This document shows positions 1 to 11,889 of a stretch of 64,000 nucleotides of DNA, piece by piece; the first letter of the stretch is position 1; the number at the start of each line of letters is the position of its first letter. The DNA is taken from assembly GCA_002269645.1 (NCBI GenBank), contig NIVC01000033.1, forward strand, positions 609,335-673,334, in the 5' to 3' direction. The notes beneath the pieces were generated by a model. That model saw only the letters and a list, made by a program, of their open reading frames with translations. It searched no databases and had not been told where the DNA came from. Both the position numbers and the translations under genes were made by a program. This DNA is from Macrostomum lignano. Lineage: Eukaryota.

Positions 1-199
1 TGTGAATGAGTCAGGCATGGTTTGTCTGTCTATGCGAATGAGTCAGGCATAATTTGTCAGTCTATACGAATGAGTCAGACATGATTTGTCAGTCTATACG
101 AATGAGTCTGATATAATTTGTCAGTGAGTGAGGCCTGACTTGTCAGTTTGTATTGAATGAGTCAGACATAACTCTAAGTCAACGTCGACAATGAGTCAG
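1..199. repeat. Degenerate ~31-bp intronic minisatellite (gaatgagtcag...ttgtc)
   Basis: gaatgagtcag recurs about every 31 bp. Confidence 0.75.
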
Positions 200-225
200 G
201 GCCTCATGCATTCTATCTCGCCCAG

Positions 226-589
226 GCCGCAGAAGCTCCGCATCGGCAGCGCCCACCCGGATGTGGTGGTGGAGTCCAGCTCCCTCGCCGCTGTGGAGCC
301 GCCGGACGTGCACTACGAGTTGCGCCTGCCAAGCGAAGTGATCGATGACGCGCTGCTGAGCAGTGCTCAGCTGGAGGCGGTGGTGTACGCCTGCCAGCGG
401 CACGAGACCATCCTGCCTAGCGGCCAGCGGGCCGGCTACCTCCTTGGCGACGGGCCGGGCATGGGCAAAGGCCGCGTGTTGGCCGCCCTGTTGTACGAGA
501 ATTACCTGCGCGGTAGGAAGCGCGCCCTGTGGCTGTCCGTGTCTAACGACCTGCGGGTAGACGCGGAGCGAGACCTGCGCGATCTGCTG
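226..589 (+). CDS. SBNO1: Strawberry notch homologue, first exon visible in window (AAA_34/helicase-like N-terminal region; gene start lies upstream)
   Basis: Translation [20 protein letters not shown]...[13 protein letters not shown]...[14 protein letters not shown]...[19 protein letters not shown] matches SBNO/sno motifs (P-loop GDGxGxGKGR). Acceptor cccag at 221-225, donor gtgcgt at 590. Confidence 0.9.
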
Positions 590-720
590 GTGCGTTGGTT
601 GCGGGGACTGCCGAACAGTAGAACTGGGAGGGAGGTCGCAAGTTCGATTTTTGAGAGGGTTCCGTTTCCATATGCTGTCAGTATTGCTGGAATCTAGATC
701 TACAATCTAAATCCTATATG

Positions 721-2155
721 TAGAATCCAAATTCCACAGATCTAGAATCCAGATCCCACAGATCTAGAATCCAGATCCCACAGATCTAGAATCCAAATCC
801 CACAGATCTAGAATCCAAATCCCACAGATCTAGAATCCAAATCCCACAGATCTAGAATCCAGATCCCACAGATCTAGAATCCAAATCCCACAGATCTAGA
901 ATCTAAATCCCTCAGATCTAGAATCCAAATCCCACAGATCTAGAATCCAAATCCCACAGATCTAGAATCCAAATCCCACAGATCTAGAATCCAAATCCCA
1001 CAGATCTAGAATCCAAATCCCACAGATCTAGAATCCAAATCCCACAGATCTAGAATCCAAATCCCACAGATCTAGAATCCAAATCCCACAGATCTAGAAT
1101 CCAGATCCCACAGATCTAGAATCCAGATTCCACAGATCTAGAATCCAGATTCCACAGATCTAGAATCCAGATCCCACAGATCTAGAATCCAAATCCCACA
1201 GATCTAGAATCCAGATTCCACAGATCTAGAATCCAAATCCCACCGATCTAGAATCCAAATCCCACCGATCTAGAATCCAGATTCCACAGATCTAGAATCC
1301 AGATCCCACAGATCTAGAATCCAAATCTCACAGATCTAGAATCCAGATTCCACAGATCTAGAATCCAGATCCCACAGATCTAGAATCCAAATCCCACAGA
1401 TCTAGAATCCAGATCCCACAGATCTAGAATCCAGATTCCACAGATCTAGAATCCAAATCCCACAGATCTAGAATCCAAATCCCACAGATCTAGAATCCAA
1501 ATCCCACAGATCTAGAATCCAAACCTCACAGATCTAGAATCCAAATCCCACAGATCTAGAATCCAGATTCCACAGATCTAGAATCCAGATCCCACAGATC
1601 TAGAATCCAAATCCCACAGATCTAGAATCCAAATCCCACAGATCTAGAATCCAAATCCCACAGATCTAGAATCCAGATCCCACAGATCTAGAATCCAGAT
1701 TCCACAGATCTAGAATCCAAACCTCACAGATCTAGAATCCAGATTCCACAGATCTAGAATCCAAACCTCACAGATCTAGAATCCAGATCCCACAAAACAA
1801 AAATTTGAGTCCCGTATCTAGAATCCAGATCCTACAGTAAAGATCTAAAATCTAAATCCCATATCTACAATCCAGATCCCACAGATTTAAAATCCAGATC
1901 CCACAGATCTAAAATCTAAATCTCATATCTACAATCCAGATCCCATATTTAGAATCCAGATCCCACAGATCTAAAATCTAAATCCCATATCTACAATCCA
2001 GATCCCATGTCTAGAATCCAGATCCCACAGATCTAAAATCTAAATCCCATATCTACAATCCAGATCCCATATTTAGATTCCAGATCCCACAGATCTAAAA
2101 TCCAGATCCCACAGTTTTAAAATCTAAATCCCATATCTACAATCCAGATCCCAGA
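721..2155. repeat. 22-bp intronic minisatellite (tagaatccagatcccacagatc)
   Basis: Direct inspection; degenerates towards both ends. Confidence 0.95.
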
Positions 2156-2185
2156 GTCCCCGACCTTGATTTGCAAACCCCGCAG

Positions 2186-2704
2186 GCGGACCGCATCGCA
2201 GTGCACGCCCTGCACCGCATGAAGTACGCCAAGATCAACAGCGATGAGAACGGTCGCATCCGCAAGGGCTGCATCTTTGCCACCTACGCCTCCCTAATTG
2301 GCGAGTCCGGCAGCGCCAGCAGCAAGTACAAGACCCGCCTAAAGCAGCTGGTCAACTACCTGGGCAGGGAGTTCGAAGGCCTCATCATCCTGGACGAATG
2401 CCACCGGGCCAAGAACCTGTACCCAGCCGGGTCGCAGAAGCCCAGTAAGACTGGCCAGACTGTGCTGGACTTGCAGAACCAGCTGCCCATGGCGCGGGTT
2501 GTGTACGCATCTGCCACAGGCGCCTCGGAGCCCAAGAACATGGGCTACATGACCCGGCTAGGCCTGTGGGGCAGCGGCAGCGCCTTCCCCACTTTCACAG
2601 AGTTTATCAATACTATTGAGAGGCGTGGCATCGGAGTGATGGAGCTGCTAGCTATGGATATGAAGCTGCGGGGCATGTACATCGCCAGGCAGCTCAGCTT
2701 CCAT
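2186..2704 (+). CDS. SBNO1: Strawberry notch exon (DExH-like DECH motif)
   Basis: [11 protein letters not shown]...[13 protein letters not shown]...[27 protein letters not shown]...[16 protein letters not shown]. Acceptor ccgcag, donor gtgagt at 2705, phase 0 at both ends. Confidence 0.93.
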
Positions 2705-2721
2705 GTGAGTCTGCGTCTATG

Positions 2722-2985
2722 CTACTCTACTCTACTCGGTCTCACCTGTACTCTATTCGGTCTCACCTGTACTCTATTCGGTCTCACCTGTACTCTATTC
2801 GGTCTCACCTGTACTCTACTCGGTCTCACCTGTACTCTATTCGGTCTCACCTTTACTCTATTCGGTCTCACCTGTACTCTACTCGGTCTCACCTGTACTC
2901 TACTCGGTCTCACCTCTACCCTACTCGGTCTCACCTCTACCCTACTCGGTCTCACCTCTACCCTACTCGGTCTCACCTCCGCCAC
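2722..2985. repeat. 21-bp intronic minisatellite (tactctactcggtctcacctg)
   Basis: Direct inspection; explains the 7-aa periodic ORFs. Confidence 0.93.
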
Positions 2986-3044
2986 CTTTGTTAAATGTAG
3001 TCTCGGCGCTACCCAATCTAGTCTCATCTCTACCCAATTTAGTC

Positions 3045-3420
3045 TCGGCTCTACCCAATCTAGTCTCAGCCCTATAGCCAATCTAGTCTCAGCCCTATAG
3101 CCAATCTAGCCTCAGCCCTATAGCCAATCTAGTCTCAGCCCTATAGCCAATCTAGTCTCAGCCCTATAGCCAATCTAGTCTCAGTCCTATAGCCAATCTA
3201 GTCTCAGCCCTATAGCCAATCTAGTCTCAGCCCTATAGCCAATCTAGTCTCAGCCCTATAGCCAATCTAGTCTCAGCCCTATAGCCAATCTAGTCTCAGC
3301 CCTATAGCCAATCTAGTCTCAGCCCTATAGCCAATCTAGCCTCAGCCCTATAGCCAATCTAGTCTCAGCCCTATAGCCAATCTAGTCTCAGCCCTATAGC
3401 CAATCTAGTCTCAGCTCTAT
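3045..3420. repeat. 23-bp intronic minisatellite (ctatagccaatctagtctcagcc)
   Basis: Direct inspection. Confidence 0.93.
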
Positions 3421-3498
3421 ACTAAATCTAGATTCAAGTTTGCCCAAACCAGTTTCATTGTTTCTGTTCAATGGTGACCTGTTGGCCCTTCCCTTCAG

Positions 3499-3726
3499 GG
3501 TGTGCAATTCGGCATAGATGAGGTGCCCCTGTTCCAAGAGTACACAGAGATGTACAACGCCAGCTGCGCACTGTGGCAGCAGGCCAAATCCGCATTCGAA
3601 GAGGCATCGAAGCGCACGGATCCCGAGGGTCGAAATCGCAAGATGGTGTGGGGCCAGTTCTGGTCCGCTCATCAGCGATTCTTCAAGCACCTGTGCGTCT
3701 CCGCCAAGATTGATCGATGCGTTGAG
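3499..3726 (+). CDS. SBNO1: Strawberry notch exon
   Basis: GVQFGIDEVPL...MWGQFWSAHQRFFKHLC-type segment (MVWGQFWSAHQRFFKHLCVSAKI). Acceptor cccttcag, donor gtaaga at 3727, in frame with neighbouring exons. Confidence 0.92.
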
Positions 3727-3761
3727 GTAAGAGTTTTTCTTTACACTACTGACTGAAGTGC

Positions 3762-4085
3762 TGTAGAAATACCGGAGCTTTTCCCTACAGACTACTAACA
3801 AGTAGAAATACCGGAGCTTTTCTTTACAGACTGCTAACAAGTAGAAATACCGGAGCTTTTCTTTACAGACTACTAACAAGTAGAAATACCGGAGCTTTTC
3901 CTTAAACTGCTAACAAATAGAAATACCGGAGCCTTTGTTTACAGACTACTAATAAGTAGAAATACAGGAGCTTTTCTTTACAGACTACTAACAAGTAGAA
4001 ATACTAGAGCTTTTCTTTACAGACTACTAACAAGTAGAAATACTGGAGCTTTTCTTTACAGACTACTAACAAGTAGAAATACCGA
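3762..4085. repeat. 39-bp intronic minisatellite
   Basis: agtagaaataccggagcttttctttacagactactaaca, about 8 copies. Confidence 0.92.
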
Positions 4086-4193
4086 CTTATTAGTCGGGGT
4101 TTCTAGTCACATGTGTAAGCGACTTAGTATTGTGTACTATTTGGAGTTGCCCTGAGCTCATAATGTCGCCCCGCTACGCGTTTCCCCTAACAG

Positions 4194-4691
4194 CTGGCCA
4201 CGGAGGCGGTGGAGGCCGGCCACTGCGTGGTCATCGGCCTGCAGTCCACTGGAGAGGCGCGCACCACCGAGATGCTGGAGGAGGCGCAGGGCGACCTCAG
4301 CGATTTCGTATCCACAGCCAAAGGCGTGTTCCAGTCTCTGGTTGAGAAGCACTTTCCCAGCGTGGACCTGTCGCTCATGGACCTTTTCGAGGGTGACGAC
4401 ACTATCGGCGAGATCCTGGGCAGTCGGTGGGTTCGGCAGCACCGGCTGCAGGCTGGCGACGGCGCCGGCAGCGGCAGCGAGTCTGGCGCCGCGCCGCCGC
4501 GTGAAGTCACCGGCGAAGATCGGCGACGGGCGGCGCAACTGAAAGCGGATTTGCTGCGAGCTGTCGAAGCCTTGGACGAGCAGTTGCCAAAGAATGCGCT
4601 GGACGAACTCATCGACAGGCTGGGCGGCCCAGCGGTGGTGGCCGAAATGACCGGACGGCGTGGCCGAGTTGTTGCCGACGATGCCGGACAG
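4194..4691 (+). CDS. SBNO1: Strawberry notch exon
   Basis: GHCVVIGLQSTGEART...LPKNALDELIDRLGGPAVVAEMTGRRGRVV. Acceptor taacag, donor gtagtt at 4692. Confidence 0.92.
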
Positions 4692-4744
4692 GTAGTTTAA
4701 ATTTCCGGCGAAAAATAATCGATTCTTTATACCCCTGGTTCTTC

Positions 4745-5380
4745 AGGCTCCCACCTGGTCCTCCCACCTGGTCCTTCCACCTGGTCCTTCCACCTGGTCC
4801 TTCCACCTGGTCCTTCCTCCTGGTCCTCCCACCTGGTCCTTCCACCTGGTCCTTCCACCTGGTCCTTCCACCTGGTCCTTCCACCCGGTCCTTCCACCCG
4901 GTCCTTCCTTCCACCTGGTCCTTCCACCTGGTCCTTCCTCCTGGTCCTTCCACCTGGTCCTTCCACCTGGTCCTTCCACCCGGTCCTTCCTTCCACCTGG
5001 TCCTTCCACCTGGTCCTCAGACCTGGTCCCTCCTTCAGACCTAATGCTTCCTTGCACCTGGTCCTTCCACCTGGTCCTTCCACCTGGTCCTTCCACCCGG
5101 TCCTTCCTTCCACCTGGTCCTTCCACCCGGTCCTTCCTTCCACCTGGTCCTTCCACCTGGTCCTTCATTCCACCTGGTCCTCAGACCTGGTCCCTCCTTC
5201 AGACCTAATGCTTCCTTGCACCTGGTCCTTCCACCTGGTCCTTCCACCCGGTCCTTCCTTCCACCTGGTCCTTCCACCCGGTCCTTCCACCCGGTCCTTT
5301 CACCCGGTCCTTCCACCCGGTCCTTTCACCCGGTCCTTCCACCCGGTCCTTCCTCTCACCTGGTACTCCCACCTGGTCCT
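4745..5380. repeat. 13-bp intronic minisatellite (ccttccacctggt)
   Basis: Direct inspection, with variant units. Confidence 0.92.
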
Positions 5381-5473
5381 TCGGGGAAATCGCTGGCGTT
5401 CACACCTGGATATTTTGTTAAGGAAAGTAACGCTCCATTGTAGTTATAATAAATCCCCCTCTGTATCCCACAG

Positions 5474-5608
5474 GTTACATATGAAAGCCGCCGCGAGACT
5501 GAGCTATCGATGGAGCTGATTAACCTGACCGAGAAGCAGCGCTTTATGGACGGAGACAAACTGATTGCGGTGATCTCAGAGGCTGCCTCTAGCGGTATCA
5601 GCCTGCAG
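5474..5608 (+). CDS. SBNO1: Strawberry notch exon (helicase C-terminal-like)
   Basis: VTYESRRE...[26 protein letters not shown]. Acceptor ccacag, donor gtgggt at 5609. Confidence 0.92.
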
Positions 5609-5624
5609 GTGGGTTGGTGTCTGT

Positions 5625-5643
5625 CTCTGTTAGTGTCTGTCTG

Positions 5644-5682
<39 letters not shown>
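5625..5682. repeat. (GTCT)n microsatellite in SBNO intron
   Basis: Direct inspection. Confidence 0.9.
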
Positions 5683-5764
5683 GTTATCCATCTACATTAT
5701 ACTACTCAGTGATCAGCTCCAATAAGTAGTTTTGATGCGCATTTTCCATCGCTTCCAAACCCAG

Positions 5765-6370
5765 GCGGACAAGCGCGCCCTGAACCAGCGCCGCCGGGTG
5801 CACATCACCCTGGAGCTGCCCTGGAGCGCCGACCGGGCCATCCAGCAGTTCGGGCGCACCCACCGCTCCAACCAGGTGTCAGCGCCCCGCTACGTGTTCC
5901 TCATCTCCGAGCTGGCCGGCGAGCGCCGTTTCGCCGCCTCCGTTGCTAAGCGTCTGGAAAGCCTCGGCGCCCTGACTCACGGCGACAGGCGAGCCGGCGA
6001 GAGTCGCGACCTGTCCCGGTTCAATCTGGACAACCGGTTTGGCCGCCTGGCCCTGGAGACGGCGGTCAAGTCGGCCATTGGCATGGAGGAGCCGATCGCC
6101 GAAGTTCCCGTCGATCTGTGGTTCGACTTCCCGCAGGCTCTGGTCAGCATGGGCATGATTGGCAAGCAGCCAAACGGCTACTACTTGGACAGGGAGTACA
6201 ACTACATTCCCAAGTTCCTGAACCGCCTGCTCGGCCTGGAGGTGGCCATGCAGAACGCGCTGTTCCAGTACTTTGCCGACACTCTGGCCGAGGTGACGCT
6301 GAAAGCGAAACGGGAAGGCAAACTGGATATCGGCATTGCCGACCTGGGCGTCAAGGGGGAGAGTCTGCAG
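5765..6370 (+). CDS. SBNO1: Strawberry notch exon (helicase C-terminal-like)
   Basis: [38 protein letters not shown]...[25 protein letters not shown]...FLNRLLG. Acceptor ccag, donor gtgagg at 6371. Confidence 0.94.
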
Positions 6371-6404
6371 GTGAGGGGCATTCTGGAGTGGATTTTTGTG
6401 CAGC

Positions 6405-7108
6405 CATAGTGGGTTGCTGTAGTGGAGTAGCTGTAGTGGAGTGGCTGTAGTGGAGTGGCTGTAAGGGGGTGGCTGTAGTGGAGTGGCTGTAGTGAAAGCT
6501 GTAGTAGATTTACTGTAGTGGAGTGGCTGTAGTGGAGTTGCTGTAGTAGATTTGCTGTAGTGGAGTAGCTGTAGTGGAGTTGCTGTAGTGGAGAAGCTGT
6601 AGTGGAGTGGTTGTAGTGGAGTTGCTGTAGTAGATTTGCTGTAGTGGAGAAGCTGTAGTGGAGTGGTTGTAGTGGAGTTGCTGTAGTGAAGTGGCTGTAG
6701 TGGAGTAGCTGTAGTGGAGTGGCTGTAGTGGAGTGGCTGTAGTGAAGTGGCTGTAGTGAAGTAGCTGTAGTGAAGTGGCTGTAGTGAAGTGGCTGTAGTG
6801 AAGTGGCTGTAGTGGAGTTGCTGTAGTGGAGAAGCTGTAGTGGAGTGGTTGTAGTGGAGTTGCTGTAGTGAAGTGGCTGTAGTGAAGTAGCTGTAGTGGA
6901 GTGGCTGTAGTGGAGTGGCTGTAGTGAAGTAGCTGTAGTGAAGTGGCTGTAGTGGAGTGGCTGTAGTGAAGTGGCTGTAGTGGAGTGGCTGTAGTGGAGT
7001 GGCTGTAGTGGAGTGGCTGTAGTGGAAGCTGTAGTAGATTTGCTGTAGTGGAGTAGCTGCAGTGGAGTAGCTGCAGTGGAGTAGCTGCAGTGGAGTAGCT
7101 GCAGTGGA
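6405..7108. repeat. 14-bp intronic minisatellite (gtagtggagtggct)
   Basis: Direct inspection. Confidence 0.93.
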
Positions 7109-7165
7109 GGTACCGCAGCGGTGCTGCAGCCGAATCAAAGCCGATCCTCCCCCTATCGCCCCCAG

Positions 7166-7567
7166 ATCGAAGACACCGAGTCCTACGAGACGCGCTACTT
7201 CGGCGACTGTTGCCAGGTGCACCTGCACACGTTGCGAGCGGAGCGCGGCCTGCCGTGGCACCGGGCCTCCGAGATTTTCTACCTGCACGAGGGGCCGCAC
7301 GACGGTTTTTACCTGCCTAAGCAGGCGGCCGCCTCCGGCTTGAAGCAGCCGCTGCTGGCCGTGGCGCCGTCCAGGAAGCAGCGCAACAAACGGCGCCGAC
7401 TTGAAGGCGGCGGCTCCTCTTCGACGGCGGCCGATGAGGCGGCCGCGCTGATGCGGCTGTACAGGCCGAGCACCGGGCAGCAGGCCCGGCTGGAGGACCT
7501 CATCCGCCTGCAGGAGCGCTGGCAGCGGACTACCGACCTGGAGCTGGCCAAGCGGCTGTGGGAGCAG
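7166..7567 (+). CDS. SBNO1: Strawberry notch exon
   Basis: IEDTESYETRY...LRAERGLPWHRA...MRLYRPSTGQQ...AKRLWEQ. Pyrimidine-rich acceptor cctccccctatcgcccccag, donor gtgggt at 7568, phase 0. Confidence 0.85.
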
Positions 7568-7694
7568 GTGGGTGTCCTGGTCGGTTTTGTAGTCCATAAG
7601 TGGAGCTATGGTTTGCGTATTGTCTGATGGTGCATTCCTTCTGGTTCTGACGATGAGCACCTCTGTTAGCAATTTGACACTGGCCTCCGTCCAG

Positions 7695-7979
7695 GTGTAC
7701 GAGCGGTCGCGCAGCCAGTGCGCCCACGCCATCAGCTCGGCCAGCGGCTTGTGCGGCCGTCAGGCGGCCACCGGCAAGCCCTGCGAGGTCGGCCTTCGAG
7801 TCCGAGTTTACCACCTGCTGGCTGGCTCGGTGCTGAGCGTCTGGCCAACACTGGAGCGGGTCTGCCGCAACATGCAGCTGGTGCGGATGCGGGCCAGCGA
7901 TGGCAAGCGGATTGTGGGAGTCCTGGTGCCGCCCGAGTCTGTGGGACCTGTTCACTCCTGCCTGAGTCAGATGCAGTGA
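7695..7979 (+). CDS. SBNO1: Strawberry notch terminal coding exon
   Basis: VYERSRSQCAH...CEVGLRVRVYHLLAGSVLSVWPTLE...MQLVRMRASDGKRIVGVLVP matches the SBNO C-terminus; stop TGA at 7977-7979. Confidence 0.9.
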   Translation: MYERSRSQCAHAISSASGLCGRQAATGKPCEVGLRVRVYHLLAGSVLSVWPTLERVCRNMQLVRMRASDGKRIVGVLVPPESVGPVHSCLSQMQ

Positions 7980-8089
7980 CTGCCCAGCAAGTTTTGTGCT
8001 CTGCTTTTTATTGTGTTTTTAATTCCTTTCATTACAGTATGGACAACTTTCCAGACTAGTGTGAGTGCTTGTCTGCGTACAAGCAGCCT

Positions 8090-8597
8090 CCCAGATTGGT
8101 AGGCCTAGATTGGTAGGCAACCTCACAGATTAGTAGACCGCCTCACAAATTGATAGACAGCCTCACAGATTGGTAGGCAACCTCACAGATTGGTAGACAG
8201 CCTCACAGATTGGTAGGCAAATTCACAGATTAGTAGGCAACCTCACAGATTGGTAGGCAACCTCACAGATTGGTAGGCAACCTCACAGATTGGTAGGCAA
8301 CCTCACAGATTGGTAGGCAACCTCACAGATAGGTAGGCAACCTCACAGATTGGTAGACAGCCTCAAAGATTGTTAGGCAACTTCACAGATTGGTTGACAG
8401 CCTCACAGATTGGTAGGCAACCTCACAGATTGGTAGACAGCCTCACAAATTGGTAGACAGTCTCACAGATTGGTAGGCAACCTCACAGATTGGTAGGCAA
8501 CCTCACAGATTGGTAGGCAACCTCACAGATTGGTAAGCAACCTCACAGATTGGTAGACAGCCTCACAGATTGGTAGGCAACCTCATAGATCGGTAGC
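8090..8597. repeat. 20-bp minisatellite 3' of SBNO (cctcacagattggtaggcaa)
   Basis: Direct inspection. Confidence 0.93.
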
Positions 8598-9149
8598 CAG
8601 AGAGTTCGGAGAGCTGCTAGTCTGTCATTATTATCTTATTCCGTCAGTTTCCTATCATTTTTACTATCTGTAATAATTACACGCGGATCCGCATCATCTG
8701 TGGCTAACGTGCAATTCCTACATTGTACAAGTGAGTCCTCGTAGATGCGGCACCCTACTGATTCAGATTTGTCTATAAACTCTGTTATCCTTTGTTATAT
8801 TCAATGCCCAGCTTCCTCTGTTGCAGCATTTATCAGTCCTTCATCTGCCGCCCTAGCATACTGAGCCTTGGGTTTCAATATTTTTAAAGTCGCGCAAACC
8901 CAACAGCCAGTGCTTGGTTAAGAGCAAGCGCTTTGTACAGTTGGAAAATCAATCAGACTTGAAGCTCTCCTTTGTTTTGTATTCCACCTCAAATTCATAA
9001 TAATATATTACGGTATTATTCGTAAAGATTGCTACTTTGCTTTGTTACCGTTTGCAAATTCGTAATTTCAAATACAGGGATTTGGTGTGCAACTTTCAAT
9101 GTGTTTGTTCTCCGACTTTGGCTTGCATATTTGTAACAGTGACTGCACA

Positions 9150-9430
9150 TTGTGTGCAACAGTGACCACAAACTGTGCAACAGTGACCGCAAACTGTGCA
9201 ACAGTGACCGCAAACTGTGCAACAGTGACTGCAAACTGTGCAACAGTGACTGCAAACTGTGCAACAGTGACTGCAAACTGTGCAACAGTGACTGCAAACT
9301 GTGCAACAGTGACCGCAAACTGTGCAACAGTGACCGCAAACTGTGCAACAGTGACCGCAAACTGTGCAACAGTGACCGCAAACTGTGCAACAGTGACCAC
9401 AAACTGTGTGTAAAAGTGACCGCAAACTGT
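9150..9430. repeat. 21-bp minisatellite immediately upstream of the ELMOD ATG (aaactgtgcaacagtgaccgc)
   Basis: Direct inspection. Confidence 0.93.
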
Positions 9431-9448
9431 ACACCGGCCATTCCAGCC

Positions 9449-9617
9449 ATGGTCAAGCGATGGCTACTGGCTGTCGCAATTCAGAGCCTGCTTGATCTGC
9501 TGCTGTCCCTGGTCTGGCCAATGTTCAAGTGGTTGCTAACCAAATTCTCTGGCCGGTGCGAACTGCTGCGCGTTGTGCTGCGCTATCCGAGCGGCGCCGA
9601 GCGCATCTGCAAGCTGG
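9449..9617 (+). CDS. ELMOD2: ELMO-domain protein (ELMOD1/2-like Arl/Arf GAP), coding exon 1
   Basis: MVKRWLL...MFKWLLTKFSGRCELLRV resembles the ELMOD N-terminus (KWLLRQxTGKCELQRI). Donor gtaaaa at 9618, phase 1. Confidence 0.8.
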
Positions 9618-9712
9618 GTAAAATTTCGCTTGACAACAACTTGCACATTTGGGTTAATGTGCTCCGTTGTGGAACCCATAATGAATATAGGCCTCTAGTG
9701 GCAATCTCACTG

Positions 9713-10450
9713 GCACACTGGTGCCCACCTAGAGACACTGGTGCCCACCTAGAGATACTGGTGCCCATCTAGAGATACTGGTGCCCATCTAGAGACACTG
9801 GTGCCCACCTAGAGACACTGGTGCCCACCTAGAGATACTGGTGCCCATCCAGAGATACTGGTGCCCATCTAGAGACACTGGTGCCCACCTAGAGACACTG
9901 GTGCCCACCTAGAGACACTGGTGCCCACCTAGAGATACTGGTGCCCATCTAGAGATACTGGTGCCCATCTAGAGACACTGGTGCCCACCTAGAGACACTG
10001 GTGCCCACCTAGAGATACTGGTGCCCACCTAGAGACACTGGTGCCCACCTAGAGACACTGGTGCCCACCTAGAGATACTGGTGCCCACCTAGAGATACTG
10101 GTGCCCACCTAGAGACACTGGTGCCCACCTAGAGACACTGGTGCCCACCTAGAGACACTGGTGCCCACCTAGAGACACTGGTGCCCACCTAGAGATACTG
10201 GTGCCCACCTAGAGATACTGGTGCCCATCTAGAGACACTGGTGCCCACCTAGAGACACTGGTGCCCATCTAGGGATACTGGTGCCCACCTAGAGACACTG
10301 GTGCCCACCTAGAGACACTGGTGCCCACCTAGAGACACTGGTGCCCACCTAGAGACACTGGTGCCCATCTAGAGACACACTAGCAGCCATCTAGAGGCAC
10401 ATCTAGAGACACTAGTATCCATCTAGAGACACACTAGCACCCATCTAGAT
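9713..10450. repeat. 20-bp intronic minisatellite (gtgcccacctagagacactg)
   Basis: Direct inspection. Confidence 0.94.
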
Positions 10451-10672
10451 ACATTAATCTCCCTGGCACCAGTGCTCACTTTTTAGGCACTGGCATCTCC
10501 ATTAAAATATTCTGTAATTCGTCTGTGAAACTCGCTCTGTTCAAATTCGAGAACGTTGAGCGACTCACAAAGCCGAAAGCCCGTTCGATACCTTTAGGCT
10601 GTTTTAATCTATTTACAAATCTCAGCTGCTGTAGAGCAAATTTATTAATAAGGCCGCATGAAATTCTCTCAG

Positions 10673-11052
10673 AGCTGGCCATCCGCGCCTCCGGATGCCC
10701 CGCCGTGCGGGCGCTGCTGCCGGCAGTTCAGCCAGCGCAGCAGGGCGGCGACCTCCGCAAAGACGAGCTGATCTCCGCCGCTCAAGCTGCCGAGGCCGCT
10801 TCGGCCGTGGCGGCGGCCAAGCGCGTGGAGCCGGGCGTGTACCCGCAGTTCGAGTCCGCGCTGGCCGAGGCCGCCATCGCCGTTGCCAGCCACGACCGGC
10901 TCTGCCGACGCGCCGACGCCGTCCGACGAGTCGCCTTCAGCAGCGACTGCGCCGAACACGAGGCCAAACTGGCCAAGCTGTGGACCGCCCTCTGCCCGAG
11001 ACAGCCGCTCTCGGGCCGAATATCTAAGCAGTGGGGCGACATCGGCTTTCAG
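10673..11052 (+). CDS. ELMOD2: ELMOD coding exon 2
   Basis: ELAIRAS...[33 protein letters not shown]. Acceptor ttctctcag, donor gtgcgc at 11053. Confidence 0.9.
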
Positions 11053-11064
11053 GTGCGCGGCTCC

Positions 11065-11160
11065 CGTGTGTCTGCTTGTCTGTCTGCCTGTCTGTGCGTC
11101 TGTCTGTGTGTTTGTCTGCCTGTCTGTCTGTCTGTGTGTCTGTCTGTGTGTTTGTCTGCC

Positions 11161-11193
<33 letters not shown>

Positions 11194-11257
11194 GCCTGTC
11201 TGTCTGTGTCTGTCTGTCTGTCTGCCTGTCTGTCTGTCTGTCTGTCTGTCAGTCTGA

Positions 11258-11288
<31 letters not shown>

Positions 11289-11290
11289 AC

Positions 11291-11321
<31 letters not shown>

Positions 11322-11385
11322 GTCTGTCTGTCTGTCCTTCTGTCTTAGTGTCTGTCTGTCTGTCTTTCTGTCTGACTGTCTGACT
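11065..11385. repeat. (GTCT)n microsatellite in ELMOD intron 2
   Basis: Direct inspection. Confidence 0.93.
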
Positions 11386-11435
11386 CTCATGAGCTCTAAC
11401 AAAGCCAGCCGCATGCTCCAAAATCCCGTTGTCAG

Positions 11436-11852
11436 GGCGACGACCCCCAGACGGACTTCCGCGGCATGGGCATGCTGGGCCTGGAGCAGCTGCTGTTCCT
11501 GGCCAGCCGCTACCCCAGCCAGGCGGCAGCGGTGCTCAGCCAGAGCCAGCACCCCGTCAGCGGCTTCCCATTCGCGGTCGCCGGCATCAATATCGGCCAC
11601 CTGGTCTGGCGACTTCTGGCCGCCCGCAAGTTCCGCAAGCACTTTTATAACCTGGGCTCCTACGAGCTGGACGACCTGCACCGCCTGTTCTGCTGCCTGT
11701 TCCTGCGCTTCGCCGACTTCTGGCAGCGTCAGGGCGCCAGCGTTATGGAATTCAACTCGGTGAAGGCCAAGTTTAAGCGGCTGATTAAGACTGAGGCCGC
11801 GCGCTCTGACTGCCTGTTTAGGGCTCCTGAGGAGAGCAGTGAGACTGGGTGA
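11436..11852 (+). CDS. ELMOD2: ELMOD coding exon 3 (ELMO/CED-12 domain core)
   Basis: GDDPQTDFRGMGMLGL...GFPFAVAGINI...FADFW...VMEFNSVKAKF. The joined WGDIGFQGDDPxTDFRG is the ELMOD GAP signature; stop 11850-11852. Confidence 0.92.
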   Translation, partial: GDDPQTDFRGMGMLGLEQLLFLASRYPSQAAAVLSQSQHPVSGFPFAVAGINIGHLVWRLLAARKFRKHFYNLGSYELDDLHRLFCCLFLRFADFWQRQGASVMEFNSVKAKFKRLIKTEAARSDCLFRAPEESSETG

Positions 11853-11889
11853 TGAGTGAGTAGTGAGCAGGTATCGCTGGATGATCAGC

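Noticed and set aside
4609-5519. GPGGRTRWKDQVE-repeat ORFs that look like repetitive structural proteins
   Set aside because: They derive from a 13-bp intronic minisatellite between in-frame SBNO exons.
5879-7732. 617-aa minus-strand ORF
   Set aside because: It is the antisense of two SBNO exons joined by the 14-bp minisatellite; the periodic TTATPLQPLHYS text comes from the repeat.
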